Shown: positions 28,515-42,979, counted from the stretch's first letter. The stretch: 64,000 nt of DNA from Trichoplax adhaerens (GCF_000150275.1 NW_002060944.1:251614-315613), one strand, 5' to 3'. The notes: generated by a model not told the origin, from the sequence alone. A program made the numbers and translations.

Positions 28515-31089
28515 ACTGTACTGTACCAGGGTCCAGGGACAACTAGAAAGAAGGACCCCTGATATAAATTCTCAAGGAATTCTACTGGACTGTATAGAAT
28601 AATAGTCAACTATCGCCGTTTCAAATACTGATACAACGCCAAGATCAACAGTTATATCCGACTCCTACGATATTGATAGACTTTTATAGTATTTTCCTAC
28701 TATTGATACTAGAAGAGTATCAACGCCGTTTTTACAAATGACAAATAATGGTGTTCGATCAGTAATTTTAAACGGCGATAGGCCACTTTTAGCAAATAAT
28801 ATTCCTTATAAATAAATTGTTATCATAAGACTGACACACTGCCATTGATGTGCACTAAGCCCGTAAGCCGCGAACCGGTTGCGAAATTACTAATATTAAA
28901 ATTAATTAATTTTTTGATACGGTTTACAGTGTACAGTACCAGATCTGAAATCAGTTGACGTTTAATTCACAAAACTTACTCCACCCGGCCGTGACGCAGT
29001 ATTTGCAAATGCGGAAGTTGCCTGATCTGGCCTGTCATGGACTCATGGACTACCACATACAGTATTGTGCATCTAGTAGTGTGCACGAAACAAGTAATAG
29101 AGTCACTTATCCAATATTTCAAATTAAATTAATTATAATATTGTAGATGATGGTTACTGTACCCGGTGACTTGCAAGAGTAGGCAAAGTTTTCAGCTCAA
29201 TACTATTTAGTGTTTAGTACTCCGTAGCTTGTGAGGAGAAGTTCATATTGTAGACATCTTCATGGTCTATAAATACTGGCATAGACTACTAGAAGTAGTA
29301 GAAGTCTTATTCTAGCGCTATTATTCATCACCTGACTGAAGTTACCTTTACCTTTAGTGTACTGGTCTTATCATCTGACTTGCAATTTAGTGCAGTTGCA
29401 GAGTAGAATTTGTCCTGAGCGCGCTATATTGTACTGTAATTGCATCCCTTACACATCAAGTTATTTATTTATGACGCTGACCCGAACGCCGTAGTTATCA
29501 AAGTACTATCACGTGTAGTACTATATGCGTAAACGAAGGCACATCATATGCCGCTATTGTTCGCAACTAAGCGTAAACGGCTTCGGCGTAATTGTAGTAT
29601 TCACGACATGATGAATGTGTGTGTGTATATTACATTCTTCTATTAATTAATTTCTATATCATTCCCTAAAAATAACTACTTTCATAGTACATGATGATGT
29701 CTNNNNNNNNNNNNNNNNNNNNNNNNNNNNNNNNNNNNNNNNNNNNNNNNNNAAGAAATCTACACGTGTACTGTAGGACAGAGTGAGTTGAAAGTGTAGG
29801 TATGTTCAATTACATTCCCGCCCTTTATTTGAAAAAATTCACATGGCGCTTTTACAGTACCATACTGTACAGTGTACAGTATGTAAAAGTTACAGTATTA
29901 ATTTCAGGACTGTACTGTACTGTACTGTACCAAGGTCCAGAGACAACTAGAAAGAAGGAGGGACCCCTGATATAATTTCTCAAGGAATTCTACTGGACTG
30001 TATAGACTAATAGTCAACTATCGCCGTTTCAAATACTGATACAACGCCAAGATCAACAGTTATATCCGACTCCTACGATATTGATAGACTTTTATAGTAT
30101 TTTCCTACTATTGATACTAGAAGAGCATCAACGCCGTTTTTACAAATGACAAATAATGGTGTTCGATCAGTAATTTTAACCAGCGAAAGGCCACTTTTAG
30201 CAAATAATATTCCTTATAAATAAATGGATATCATAAGACTGACACACTGCCATTGATGTGCACTAAGCCCGTAAGCCGTGAAGCGTTTGCGAAATTGCTA
30301 ATATTAAAATTAATTAATTTTTTGATACGGTTTACAGTGTACAGTACCAGATCTGAAATCAGTTGACGTTTAATTCACAAAACCTACTCCACCCGGCCAT
30401 GACGCAGTATTTGCAAATGCGGTAGTTGCCTGATCTGGCCTATCATGGACTCATGGACTACCACATACAGTATTGTGCATCTAGTAGTGTGCACGAAACA
30501 AGTAATAGAGTCACTTATCCAATATTTCAAATTAATTTATAATTATAATATTCTAAATGATAGTTACTGTACTCGCTGACTTGCAAGAGTAGGCAAAGTT
30601 TTAAGCTCAATATTATTTTGTGTTTAGTACTCCGTAGCTTGTGAGGAGAAGTTCATATTGTAGACATCTTCATGGTCTATAAATACTGGCATAGACTACT
30701 AGAAGTAGTAGAAGTCTTCTTCTAGCGCTATTGTTCATCACCTGACTGAAGTCACCTTAACCTTTAGTGTATTAATCTTATCTGACTTGCAGTTGCAGTG
30801 TACAATTTGTCATGAGCGCGCTATATTGTAATTGCATCTTTTACACATCAAGTTATTTATTTATGACGCTGGCACGAACGCCGTAGTTATCAAAGTACTA
30901 TTACGTGTAGTACTATATGCGTAAACGGAGGCTACATCATATGCCGCTATTGTTCGCAACTAAGCGTTAACGGCTTTGGCATAATTGTAGTATTCACGAC
31001 ATGATGAATGTGTATATTACATTTTTATATTAATTAATTTCCATATCATTCCCTAAAAATAACTACTTTTGTATTACATGATGATGTCT
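28515..31089 (+). repeat. Tandem ~1.2-kb direct duplication (28515-29702 vs ~29920-31089) upstream of a CARD gene
   Basis: High identity with scattered SNPs and indels; the copies are separated by an N gap. Confidence 0.8.
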
Positions 31090-31110
31090 TATGTCTATCA
31101 ATTGACAGCT

Positions 31111-31792
31111 ATGGGATCATTGATGTCACTATTCAAGCGTTTAACAATTCAAAATGGACGCGGTTGCAATCAGGTAAATGTTAGCTCTCTTCAGCCCTGT
31201 TTAACGCGTGTAATAACTATGTTGCAACTTGTTCAGTACTGATAATTGTCTTGATTATAGCGTGATAGAAGCTACGCCTGCGACTAGCAAGTGTGAGATC
31301 TATCGTCTTGTATTAGAGGAATATCTGGCTCGTTTCGTTGTATCATGTTTATTACTTATCAATTGCATTAAAATTGCTAACGAACTATACTCTGAATCTG
31401 CGATCGAAGAAACAGATGTAGTAGAAATAAAGAGGTGTTCAAAAGGACAAGAGTACTAGTTTAGTACTATAGTGCTGTTGTAGTTGCCACATAGAACAAT
31501 ACGTTCATAATCATTAATATTTGGTATTCCACTTCGCGTTAATCTCTGGAATTTGTACATTCTAAATGTTATGTATAAGCAACAACAGCTAATAAGGAGG
31601 CTGTCGTAAATATAATATTGAGTTTTCTAATTTATGCAAGTGAGGAAGCTCTTAAATATTCTCTTCGTACGCGGTATGGACTCGCAGACGACGTTTGTAA
31701 GAATTTTACGTAAATTTGATAAATCCTTAGCCACTGATATCGAAAAACGTATAAATTATGCACTCGAAGGAAATTCTAACTACTGTAATTGA
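31111..31792 (+). pseudogene. Myristoylation-motif CARD-only gene paralog, probably pseudogenised
   Basis: Exon 1 31111-31173 MGSLMSLFKRL..NQ; exon 2 ~31261-31452 ..IANELYSESAIEE..; exon 3 31636-31792 QVRKLLNILFVRG..FVRIL. The exon-3 acceptor reads TAT instead of TAG, and the expected exon-2 acceptor is out of phase. Confidence 0.7.
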
Positions 31793-31855
31793 AAGTTTTT
31801 ACGTAAATAAATAACAATTACATTAATTACAGCGCTACTAAAAGATGTCATTATT

Positions 31856-34311
31856 ATTTCTGTTTGACGGCTTATATTATTTAAATAGCTGACTTTGTTA
31901 TTATTCCTAAATGAGCCTGCAACATTATGTACTTCAGAATTAAAATATTTCATGCGCTTATTAATGTTAATATTATTGTTAATATTATTATTAACATTAC
32001 GAAAGGTTTAGCATATCGAAATTTTATGGACAATTGTGATTTATAAAAATGCACGTTTTAATTCACTATTTTGAGTTATAATTAATCATTATCAAATCTG
32101 TAATATTACAGTATATTGAATAAAATGTAAAATGTAACATTATGATTACGCATGATTACGATTGCATGTAATTATATTGAATATTTATTATAGCTATAAT
32201 TTTTCGGAAGAAGAAATCGGAATTATGATTCTTATAACTATAGCGTTGACGAGTCAATTATAATATTGACTGCTGTTGCATATTGTAAATCTTAGCAAGT
32301 CCTGATTAATTTCTGAAATCATAATGCTAGCATAGCCGTCGTTATGGAGTATTAGTCATTGTGAAGTAGTAGACTGGATTGTCTAGGGAAGTTACCGTGG
32401 CACTTCAAGTGCGGTAACATTGATTCCAGAGACGAAATAAAGTAGGAATCCTTAATGTTATGCCTTAGTAGTTAGTATATATGAAAATTATACTATACGT
32501 ACACTCGTACAGGCTATTGTTACAGATGTCAAAATTATGGTTGAACTCCGTAATAGGAGATAAAAGTTTATAGTCTACAACGAATAACTTTAGAAAGTGC
32601 TAATGCTTCTCTGTTCACAAGTATTTTATTATCTACACTAGCTTGATTATATTACTTTACTGTATGATAACATTAAACCGAAGCTTAACATCTTACTAAA
32701 TACTGTAATCGTGTAGTTATAATAAGGTTTCCGAAGCCAATAACCACGTAAGGGTGTGTTATGATTTCAGCTAATTACAGTAGTTTTGTGTACTACAGGG
32801 TGATGTAGGTGTTATTGTATTATTAATATTAAGTACTTTATAATCATACAATACCTAAGTAGCACGAAAATCTATGATCTGTAAGATTTAAAAATATCGA
32901 ATTCACATTCAATTTCGTATGAAAAGCAATCCGGTGGAAGATAAGCCTCTAAGAGTAGCATTGCCTTATCTACGATCTAACACGACTGCCGACATAGAAG
33001 TGTTCTTATTGTAATAAAGACCTAAATTTGAAGTTCGTAGATATCTTTACCTCCATAGTAGCGATTGATTACTGAATCCTGGAGCAATTTGTTACAAATT
33101 TCGATCGCTAAAATTATTTAAATAGATTTCTGAAGCATTTTTGTGCTTAAATCCTACGTCGGCGATTGCGGCAATATTTTATAAAAATTAAATAATAGTG
33201 TGTTACGATAACATGTGCGCTTAATTTGCAAAGAATAATCTCGTCTCAGTAACGTTACGATATTCAATACTGAAATAAAATAATACCCGTACATCCTGTG
33301 ATAGAGGGTTCGAAGAATCAGCGGCGGCGGACTTGGTAGCCATTCACAGAAAATATGCAAGGGATTTTAATAAAAGTGGATACATTATTGTAGATAGTAA
33401 TAGAGGTACAATGCGGTAGTTACGGTAGATCAGTGTGTAATCTGTCGTGAAGTAATGTGAGGAAGTTCTACTACTGCGAATAGTGCAACTGACGAATCTG
33501 AGGCAGAAATCATCAGTATTTATAGTTTTAGAGAGAGGATACACGCAGAGAACAGTATTGTAGAATTAGATACGTCGTATACCATAAACAGGCTATATAA
33601 TAGTAAATGATTGTAGGAAATAGCGAAGACTGTAGGTGCTATAAATGACTTAACATGACATGCTATATTTAGGCATAGTTGAAATAGACTGTAGAGGTAT
33701 CTATATTCGGAAGATAATAAAATGTCTATATTTATGAACATGTCTAAAAACTACAGTGAAACTAAATACACTACACATCCAAAACTTTGTAACTTTATTA
33801 AAGCCTGAACTTTTTTCATAATTTTTGGCATATGAACACAGATAGAGAACTCAGTAATAGCTTAATGCATCGAGCTGCCTCATACTGCATTTGAAAAAAT
33901 TATTTTACAATAACTTTATCCGTAATACTGGAGCTTTTCATTTATCAAACGGACAAACTCTTCCATTAATAATAAGTACGGTACAGTATGTAAGTATTTT
34001 ATATATTTACATTTAAAACTGCGCTGGCTAAGTTCTAAGAACTACGTCAATTTTTCCCTGTAGGAATTACTTAGCGTCTGCAGTACTTATAGCCTTCGAG
34101 AAACGAATAACGCAAAAAATAGAATAGGCACGTCTTACAGGATAATTTAATCGCTGTTGCTAACCTTTAAGCGTTATTACCTATTCATAGTGCGTATTTA
34201 TTTATGCAAATTTGTAGAATTTACGGTATCTAATCTACTGAAACTTTGTTTATGTCTGCGTTGGTTCCAATATCCTTTAGAGCTAAATAGTTTGTAATAC
34301 CATTCTACGCG
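31856..34311 (+). repeat. Segmental duplication, paralog of 51444-54015
   Basis: Colinear high-identity match. A diverged inverted copy of ~33060-33720 also lies at ~49260-49770. Confidence 0.88.
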
Positions 34312-36599
34312 AATAACAGGCGTTTTAATGTCAGAAATTATACTAGCCTATGCACGATAGGGCCATGAGAAATGTTTCTTATCTGTAATCATATCTATTA
34401 ATATGCTTACAGCGATAAACTTTAGTATTAGTAGAAACGTTTAAGTTAACGCAGTGTAATATCGAAATCTCGATTGTATTTGTACTAATCGTTCTTAGAA
34501 ATGTTCAATTATTACTAATTTCTATAGCCTTGACAAGTAATAACTACAAGATTTTTGTAAGATTTAAGTCATTAAAGCAACACTACAGTCCGCTAAAATT
34601 CTCTTGCATGGTTAAAATATCTATCGGCGAGTTATCGTGCTTGATGGTATTAAAAGTATCTTGATTTAGACTGGAGTTTTTAGCCAAAATATTCAAATAA
34701 TAAAGTCTATCTAAGATAAAATAGCTACTATTAACCGTTTTATCATGACATATAAATGTCAAAAATTACAATAGTCTACAGAATAATAAAGCCACGATCA
34801 ATATTTCTGAATCGTATGCTCATAATTTATAATATAATAGTCAATAATTTCTATAGAACAAACGCTGAAGTCATTACATCATAAAACTAGAATTTCTATT
34901 TAATCTATATCATTAGCATAAGGAATGATCAATCATTCTTGACGTTCATAATCGTATGATACGATTGTCATGCTGTTATAGTTATTAATCTATACTAAGA
35001 AATTATTCGTTCAAATGAACAGGAAGATAATCTGCAAGCAGCTATGAATTAAAAAATATACTAATAGAAATATTATATTAAATTCTGTAGATAGAGTCTC
35101 TATCAAAAGTTATTTTGATGCTGCTATAGTCTTGTGCAATTTTCTAGATATGGTCGCTATCATACAGCTATCATACTTTATCCAAAAATGATGATGCAAT
35201 ATAACATCATTATTTACAAATGATATTAATGTGCTTTGTCATCAATATCGTTTATTATTGCAGTACTCAACGAAGCACTGCCCTTATTGCTTTCTGTCTC
35301 TGCTCCTTTAGTACAGTAGTAATTTTTTTCTCTAATAAAATATTCATAGAATACATCTCTATCACGATGAATGTCAAATAGCCTAGAAAATCAACCTAAA
35401 CTAATCAGCTTAGAAACCAATAACCATCCTGTATCCTAGATTGGAGTTGTTTACAGCAAGTCAATGATAGCTATTAATTAGCATAACTTGCATAGTAACG
35501 CTTTGTAAAGACATCAACAGCAACTTAGCTGATGCTATAAGAGTTAAAAGAAATTCAGGTTGTTGCCGTTTGTTACTGATAACGCTGCATTTACTGATCG
35601 ATTTTAACAAACTGATAGTTTTTTTCGTACTTTATTGATCTATTTCAATAGACTAAATCTTTTTTCCTTACCATGTCAGTTGTAAACAATTATTTATTTC
35701 TGTCATGCTACTGATGCAATAATTCTACAATTTCAAATCGTTATTTCTATTAGTATTTGTTCTAAAATTTAAAAATCCCCCCCAAAAACCAAACTGTAAA
35801 TGCCACGAATTAAATCCATCCATGACCAAACCTTCTATCAATAATTCGTAGTATTTTGTGTGTTTCTTTACCGTAAAGTTTATGTTGCCGACGATATTAT
35901 AATTATTTGATGGTACCCAATGCAGACAATAACATGGTCGATTAATAAAAGGAAAAGAATGAGGAGAGAAAATTCGCGCCAAAATTGTTTCATTGATTAT
36001 AATTAATGATTGATAGGGAAATTGTTTGCAGTTAATACATACCTAGTACAAAGGTTGCAAAGGTTGCTAATGCAAACCCTATCTTTCTTAGTACTATAGT
36101 ATTGTATCGTTAGCACGATAATAGTTATACTTCTGTACTATAGCCATATGGTTGCACATCAAAAGGTTAGTGCATACAAAACGATTATTTTGACATTGTT
36201 TACATGATTTCCACTATTTTAAATTAGCTGTAAACACAATGAATCCATTAGCTAGTCTACGTTGTTATACTACTATTATGCCTTAAAACGTCATCAATAC
36301 TGCCATAGCAGCTTTTCGCGTAGTGCTAAAACTACGCCAGTTGTGAATAAGGCATAAAAATCGCTCCTTAGCGGCTACCTGCTAAACAATACGGAGCGTC
36401 AAGAAACAATGTTTATTTTTCCTGAAAGCGAACTCAAGGTTCCAAAGTATGCCTAAGTTATAAATAAATAATATTAAACCAACTGTAACTGATGCAATCG
36501 GATAGCCATTATTTTATGAATATAAATGTCTTTGATAGAGATGTTGATTACGAGATATTTGCCATACATGTAACTCCATCAGTTTTTGACGGATAAAAT

Positions 36600-39421
36600 A
36601 GTTTTAGAATTGAACGTTGCTGCAATTGCAAGCTAAGAACTACAATGACATGAAAGTCATGTTAACCGTTATATTTCTATTTTTGCAGAATTAAAGAAAT
36701 TCTATTCGGATAATCATTCCATGAAGAATAGTAATTTTATTTCTTGACTTAGACGATAACATCTTCTTGAAATGTAATTAGCATAATCGTCACTAGAGGT
36801 TATAATATAAGCGGTATAAACTACTTGAAAAAGGTCTTCCATTTAAATTGAAAATTGATTGTCATACAGCGAAAAATTGATTGATACATAAATTGATTGT
36901 CATACAGCGGAAACAGCTCCCTTTACACTGTCAAAACAGTAGAAATATCATAAGGAATGTTTCATGCCATACAGAAACCATATTTAGTAGAGTGCATAAA
37001 TAGTTTAGTACATGGTACAGCAGAAACGATATCATAAACATCTTCATAGTAAAGAAAAGAGAATAGATAGCGGCTAAAAGGTCGGATGAAACAATGAAGG
37101 GCGTAGTACTGTAGTTCTATTCTCAATCTCTTTTATGTCTAGAACTTACACGTAATAGCTCAAAGATCCAATCGCTTATTCGCTACTACGGTATAAAATG
37201 CTGCATTATACTGTAGTTAGGATATCTCTCATCTACTTTCCTGTCGAAAATAGCGTCATAATCACTGTATAAACATTCTTGGCTACAGTTTGTACGCCAC
37301 TTTTTATTTAGAAACAAACTTGCCTAGCCTTTAATAACAACCCCGTAAAATCATGACCTACTGTATTCATCGCGTGATGGTGGTTTAAAAGTATAAATTG
37401 AGCTAATCAAGGCTTTTTATCCGCGTATGTCTACGTTCCATGTATACGGAGGTCCATTCATATTTTAGTGACCGATCCATTTTGCAAATTTTGAATGTCA
37501 GCAATTCGAGGAAAAAAGACTGGTTACACTACAAATCGGAAGAGTTTTCCTTATCGGTAAGTTCAACTTTAAGTATTAGAATTGTAAGTGCATAGCTAGT
37601 AGTTCACGATATCTTATTTCTAAAGCACTCTAGTATGAGATCATGAAATTGTAAACAATTTCAACAATTTCATGTTCCGAAAGAAAAGTGCTCATAAATG
37701 CTTTAACCTTTGCGATATTTTGATATTCTTTTTAATGTTTTCCGTAAAAATAAATGCCCAAACTGCTCATAAAGAAAATATGAAAGGGCAGTAAAAAAAT
37801 CATCAATACAACCTTATTCATCAAAAAATAGAGGACATAAGCGATAAATGATATCGCGCACGGCGGTAATTGAAAAATTGGAATTGATTTTATTTATCAC
37901 TTACAGGCAATTAATGTAGTACAAAAGTATTCCAATGTCACTTTTATAGTAATCAGTCTGTTTTTCAAATAGTAAAACAGAACAAGCTTGACTCAGATCT
38001 GTTTTGTTTACTTGGGCTGCCGTAATTCCAAAGTCCAGTTTGAAATCCTTGTCATAGCCACATAACTACAAGGGTCATTGTAATTCCAGTTTTCCTTATA
38101 GTAGCACAATAGGCTAGCGAATACATTATACATTTACGATACACTTTAAGGACGATACAGATCGATTTCTTTCTTCGAGTTAAAAATAATCAACGCAATT
38201 ATTATAGTAACTAAGTGCAGTAACGTCTACGAGTCTTTTTCTCTAATTTCTATAGCGAAACAATCCGTTCATGAAGTCCATTTTCATGTCATTGTTCACT
38301 GCATAATAATTAAATTGTATAGATAATTATTGCTGCAAATTACGCATGGAATGCGTAGCGAAAGAAAAGTTAGCATCACAAAAGTTTTGTAGAAATATTT
38401 GGATTGTCATCGATCCTCCTTCGATCCCATAATGCCCGACTAATTAAAGGCATAATTTACTTCAAATACAGAGTGCATCGTAGATTCTTTCTAATAATAC
38501 CTGGAATAATAATTCGTCCACGATTGGTTAGTGTGTTGACAATTCAATGGGGTGTGGTAGATGTCCTGCTGGCAACTCTTTCAACGATAGTTCATCATAT
38601 TATGCCGATATCTTCCATCAGTTAGCAAGTGAATGAGTATATTGATAATTAATTAGTCATCATCGTCAGCAAGTTTGATTTATGTAATTGCAATTATTAT
38701 TATTCAAGCTATAAATAGTATAACTACATCAACAGTATTATACCATGCAGCATACTTTATAGTCAGATGGGATAAAATAAACGTGAAGTACAAATTTAAT
38801 CTAATTAAATCATTTAATCAAGTTTTTCCTTTCAAATTGTTATTAATACGATACGCCAGTATGAGTAATAACAATACCGAGCTCATACATGCTACAATTT
38901 TATTAAGCAGATAATACGGGTAGTTTATGCAAATATACCAGTAGAAAAGCATAGATTTAATTTGAGTAATGAAAATTTTCTTCAACCATTTTAAAGTTGA
39001 TCTTTGTTTCTTACCTCGAGATATCACAAATGGTGAACTGTACAATACTGGAAATAAATTCATAGAGGATCTACACTAACGGTTTAATTGATAAACATCC
39101 TATCATCCTATTGCAGGAGCTGATATCTACTAGCACGACTACTTTTATCAACGATCAAAGCGTTTGATCACAATCACCTTGATGGCAGAAATGGGAGACA
39201 TTCGTATTTGTCTTCCTGAGATGGTATTGCCAACGTTAAAGCTGTCTACTATTAAAATATGATAATTGGATTCCGTTTATGATATTAAAGTTTGGTATTG
39301 TTCCATGTTTATACGACAGGTGAAACAGGTACAAATACAACCACTTATGCTTGGGGGTCTTCCTGAACACAACGTAAACGCGGTTGGAATGAGTGAATTT
39401 CACAGGCAAATTATTCGCAGA
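36600..39421 (+). repeat. Segmental duplication, paralog of 55668-58454 (body of the C-terminal-CARD gene)
   Basis: Colinear match ending abruptly at caaattattcgcaga, inside the CARD exon. Confidence 0.88.
39266..39421 (+). pseudogene. CARD exon truncated by the dispersed repeat
   Basis: VGMSEFHRQIIRR matches the 58339 exon, then the sequence switches to the 27207-type repeat at 39424. Confidence 0.75.
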
Positions 39422-41855
39422 CATACTACAAATGGCATGACACCTTGAAAACTAATAAAAAGATTTTGTCGATAGTACGGTAATTATGTACGGTAAGATT
39501 CACAAATTAACACTATCAAATGAAACTATAGTACTTGCTGTTGATTAAGAGTTTGTCGCCAGTATGATCTATTCTTCATTTTCGCAAAGACGTCAAAGCT
39601 CATTTGCATTGCTAACTATTCAGTGATATATATACTTGTAAGGCATTACTGACTGATCGTTAAGCGAAAAAATAATCCAGATTTTATATCGATGACTTAG
39701 TTTAAAGAATCAGACGAGTAAAAAGGCTACTGATCAAATACAGACAAGTACCGCAAAATCTGTTCTGATCGCTATTTATGAGTAGTCATTTTTCTAGAGA
39801 ACAATGCTGTTAGCTCAGTCAATTAATTGGTTGAAGCGTAACATGAATTTTGTTTCATTAATGAATTGAATAATTCTAAATTCAAGTAATTATGATTATC
39901 AATGACTTCGGAGTGTATTTACAAAGTGTCTAAATTTACAGTCAATTTACTAAATTTTCATGCAAATGAATGTTATTAATACCTTTTTATGCGAGTTGTC
40001 ACTGTTTTGCAACTGAAGAACATCAATGCTGATCACTTGTACTTTTACATATTTATCATCTGATACAGTACAGTAGGCGGTTGACAAAATAAACTAGGTC
40101 GATCATACGATAACTGTAATCTTAATGTGATGTCGATCGTGAATGCGGTATTGAGGCTGAGGCTGAAGTACTTACGATTATGGCTATATTCCATAAATTT
40201 CGGCTATGTGCTTCCTTAAGTGTATCAGATCATAGTTTTACCGGTTTTTATTGGCCGTTCGGTAAGAAAAATTTTCTACTTACAACATAGTCAGACCGCG
40301 CTAAAACATGTAAAGAATTTATTTGGCGCCGTTTTATTGAACCGCCAATTTCTTCTATTGTACAGTACTCTACAGTACAGTACAGTACAGTACCTTGCAG
40401 TCAGACTCACGCTAAGAACTTTTATTAGTGTACAGTACTGTCGATCGTACGTAATTGGGGATATAATGGTCAGTGATACTTTCATTATTTATAGACTTAA
40501 GAGCAAGTTTAACTTTCTAACTTTACCTGATTCAGATCTTTCAGAATCTCTCCATCAACCTAATACAGGGAGGGTGTCCCTAAATTATCCCAGCGCACAA
40601 ATTTAAAATTAGCATTGCCAAATCGAGCAGTAATTTGCCCAGAAAATCTACTGAAATGTAGAGTAATAAATAACCTATCATAATCTGATAACTTTAAAAC
40701 CGTAGGTTTCGTACTTTATTTTAAATTAGAGATACTGTATTAAACTTTAAAATAAAAAAGTTTAAATAAACTATGCTACCTATTCTACTGTACAGTACAG
40801 TACTTTCTTAACAGGATTTGACTAGATTTACGAGTTTGCGGGTAAACCTACAGTACAGTACCATGGAATCCCCTCCCCATACTGTACCACCCGCTGGCAA
40901 TCTATCGTTACCGCGTTACGGACTAAAAACATTACGCAATGTTGTTAATGCATGTCTGCGGTAATCGCGCACACTGAGATGTTGATTGCGAGGTATTTTC
41001 CATACATGAAACTCCATCAGTTTATGACTTATAGAATGGGCTAAATAAAAATTTATATCCAATTTTATAGTGCTGAACGACATAGCGAATTAATGCTGAC
41101 GAGTAATAACGCCACACATGGCCACTAGCAACAATTTATTAAGCATATTAGAGACTATTACACAGTTTCTACTTAGAAAAATCTACAGTTAACGCTCTAT
41201 TATTTACTTATACTTTAAACTGGAATGATATTCTACAACCTATTATTTAGTACCTTCACGTATTTTTATTTATGATTAGGCAATCTATTCGTCAAGACTA
41301 ACAGTACTACATCTATCCTAGTACATATATATGTATATATATTTGAAGATATTATACAGTTTATCATGTAGTACATACAGTTATTTCCCTAACTATAAAG
41401 AAAAAAAATTAATCTTACAATTTCTCATTTGGATAATATTAACATTTAAAAAGTTGTTTTGTTAACTGGTAGTGCTTTAATGGTAGAAAGGTTCTGTTAC
41501 TATTTAACAACGTAGAAGTGATCAAAAGGAACTGCTATGAAATAAGCACGTGTCAAATGCATTGGGATTGGCTAGTAGCAAAGTTAACAATCAAAAATCC
41601 CGTGATTCAAATTCCGACGTTACTGCAGTACAATGTTAACGATTATAATTAATCATCAGTAGAAGTGCATATATATATATTTATTATTATAATTTAGATA
41701 TTTCTGCTTTAAACGACAGTATGGTAAGGTTGACCTTTATTTCTTTGACTTTGAGTAGCAATAACAAATATATTGCATCTAGAAAGAATTACGAAATCGT
41801 TGTTATACTACCTTCTTCATACGATCATCATCTCATAAAATGGATAATATCATAT

Positions 41856-42215
41856 AATAATAACTCACTGGACTATATGATATGCCTTCTTACCGGTGAT
41901 AATGATGGTGTAGTTACCGCTAATCCCAACGAATTAATATGTCAAAAATATGCAGCTGTATATAGAGTAAATAGTTCGAAAGGCAAAGATTACTTCTGTT
42001 ATAGAATAAATCCTAATAAATTTTTAGGTAGAACTAGCCCTGTATTCGACCCTAAATTAAAAAATAGTTCAGATGCTGGTCCTCAGGAAAATGCATTTTT
42101 GCAAATGGCATTTTGGAATCCTCAAAGTAATATTAATCCCGATATAATAACGGGACAAATAAGAGTTAATTATACTGCTGTGTTTATTGAGCCTAAAGTT
42201 TTAGGTTTTAGTTAA
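41856..42215 (+). pseudogene. cap: CRESS virus capsid, C-terminal half
   Basis: NNNSLDYMICLL...INPNKFLG..P.FDP.....GP.ENAFLQMAFWNP...ITGQIRVNYTAVFIEPK, a jelly-roll capsid C-terminus. Overlaps the Rep stop by 15 nt (convergent). Confidence 0.8.
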
Positions 42216-42935
42216 ATTTTTAATAATCCATCTATCTTCAGATAATTGAAATAAATCAGGTTCATAATTAGAAATACATAATATTCTTGGAACATAATTT
42301 AATTTTTTTGTTTTACTGTTATATTTTGGTGAAAATAAAATACCATTTTTTAACTGTTCCAAAATTGTGTAATTAATTCTGTGTTGTAATGAACGAGAAA
42401 AATCGAAAATAATAATTTTAATATTAATATCAGTAGCTAGAGCAATATCGGAACATTTAGCATTATTTAAATAAATCACATCGTTATAGTTTTCAATTAA
42501 AAAGTATGCAAATGCAGTTTTTCCAATTCCTCCTTTTTGATCATAAATCCACAGAATCTGACGATCATTTTGAGCAAGCATAGAATCCAATACATCTTTC
42601 TGCCATGAATATAATTCATGCTTCTTAGGGATAATCCTATCAATAGGAGGCATGTCTTCTTTTATTTCCATGTTAGTTTCGTAGTTTCCTTCTTTTTTGC
42701 AATATTTAATATTCTGTTCTCTGCTTCCACGAGCTCTTACAACATGAGCAGGTTTGAACTGCTTAATTTGAGCTTTTAGGTCAGATCTACATTTAGTTTC
42801 ATAATAACATTGTAGGTGTTCTTTGCCAGTAGTCGGACATATTTCTCTACCAATAATCCACTGGTCTTTTGTCTTTATCTTAGAGGCTAAGTCAAATTGT
42901 CCAACAAAAAGAGTTAAACAGTATCCTTTTCCCAT
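42201..42935 (-). CDS. rep: CRESS virus replication initiator (HUH endonuclease + SF3 helicase), alphasatellite/nanovirus-like motifs
   Basis: Intact 244-aa ORF from the ATG at 42935. Motif I CLTLF, motif II GKEHLQC, motif III YCKKEG, Walker A GGIGKT, Walker B IIIFDFSR, NYTILEQLKNG..SPKY, motif C ISN, Arg-finger SEDR. Confidence 0.95.
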   Translation of the reverse strand: MGKGYCLTLFVGQFDLASKIKTKDQWIIGREICPTTGKEHLQCYYETKCRSDLKAQIKQFKPAHVVRARGSREQNIKYCKKEGNYETNMEIKEDMPPIDRIIPKKHELYSWQKDVLDSMLAQNDRQILWIYDQKGGIGKTAFAYFLIENYNDVIYLNNAKCSDIALATDINIKIIIFDFSRSLQHRINYTILEQLKNGILFSPKYNSKTKKLNYVPRILCISNYEPDLFQLSEDRWIIKNLTKT

Positions 42936-42940
42936 AGCGA

Positions 42941-42979
42941 GCACCGTTGGAATAGTATTGCCCAGCGACCCATCGGTGC
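42941..42979 (+). promoter_or_regulatory. Rolling-circle origin stem-loop with nonanucleotide variant TAGTATTGC (42953-42961)
   Basis: CGTTGG-AATAGTATTGC-CCAGCG (11-nt loop), with alternative outer pairing GCACCGTTGG / CCATCGGTGC. One mismatch from canonical TAGTATTAC. Confidence 0.8.

Noticed and set aside
28515-31089. Tandem 1.2-kb duplication as an LTR pair
   Set aside because: No internal retroelement ORFs, and the copies abut a gap; may be unmerged haplotypes.
33154-33741. Three short minus-strand ORFs repeated at 52854-53447
   Set aside because: Their conservation is explained by recent segmental duplication; no domain signal.
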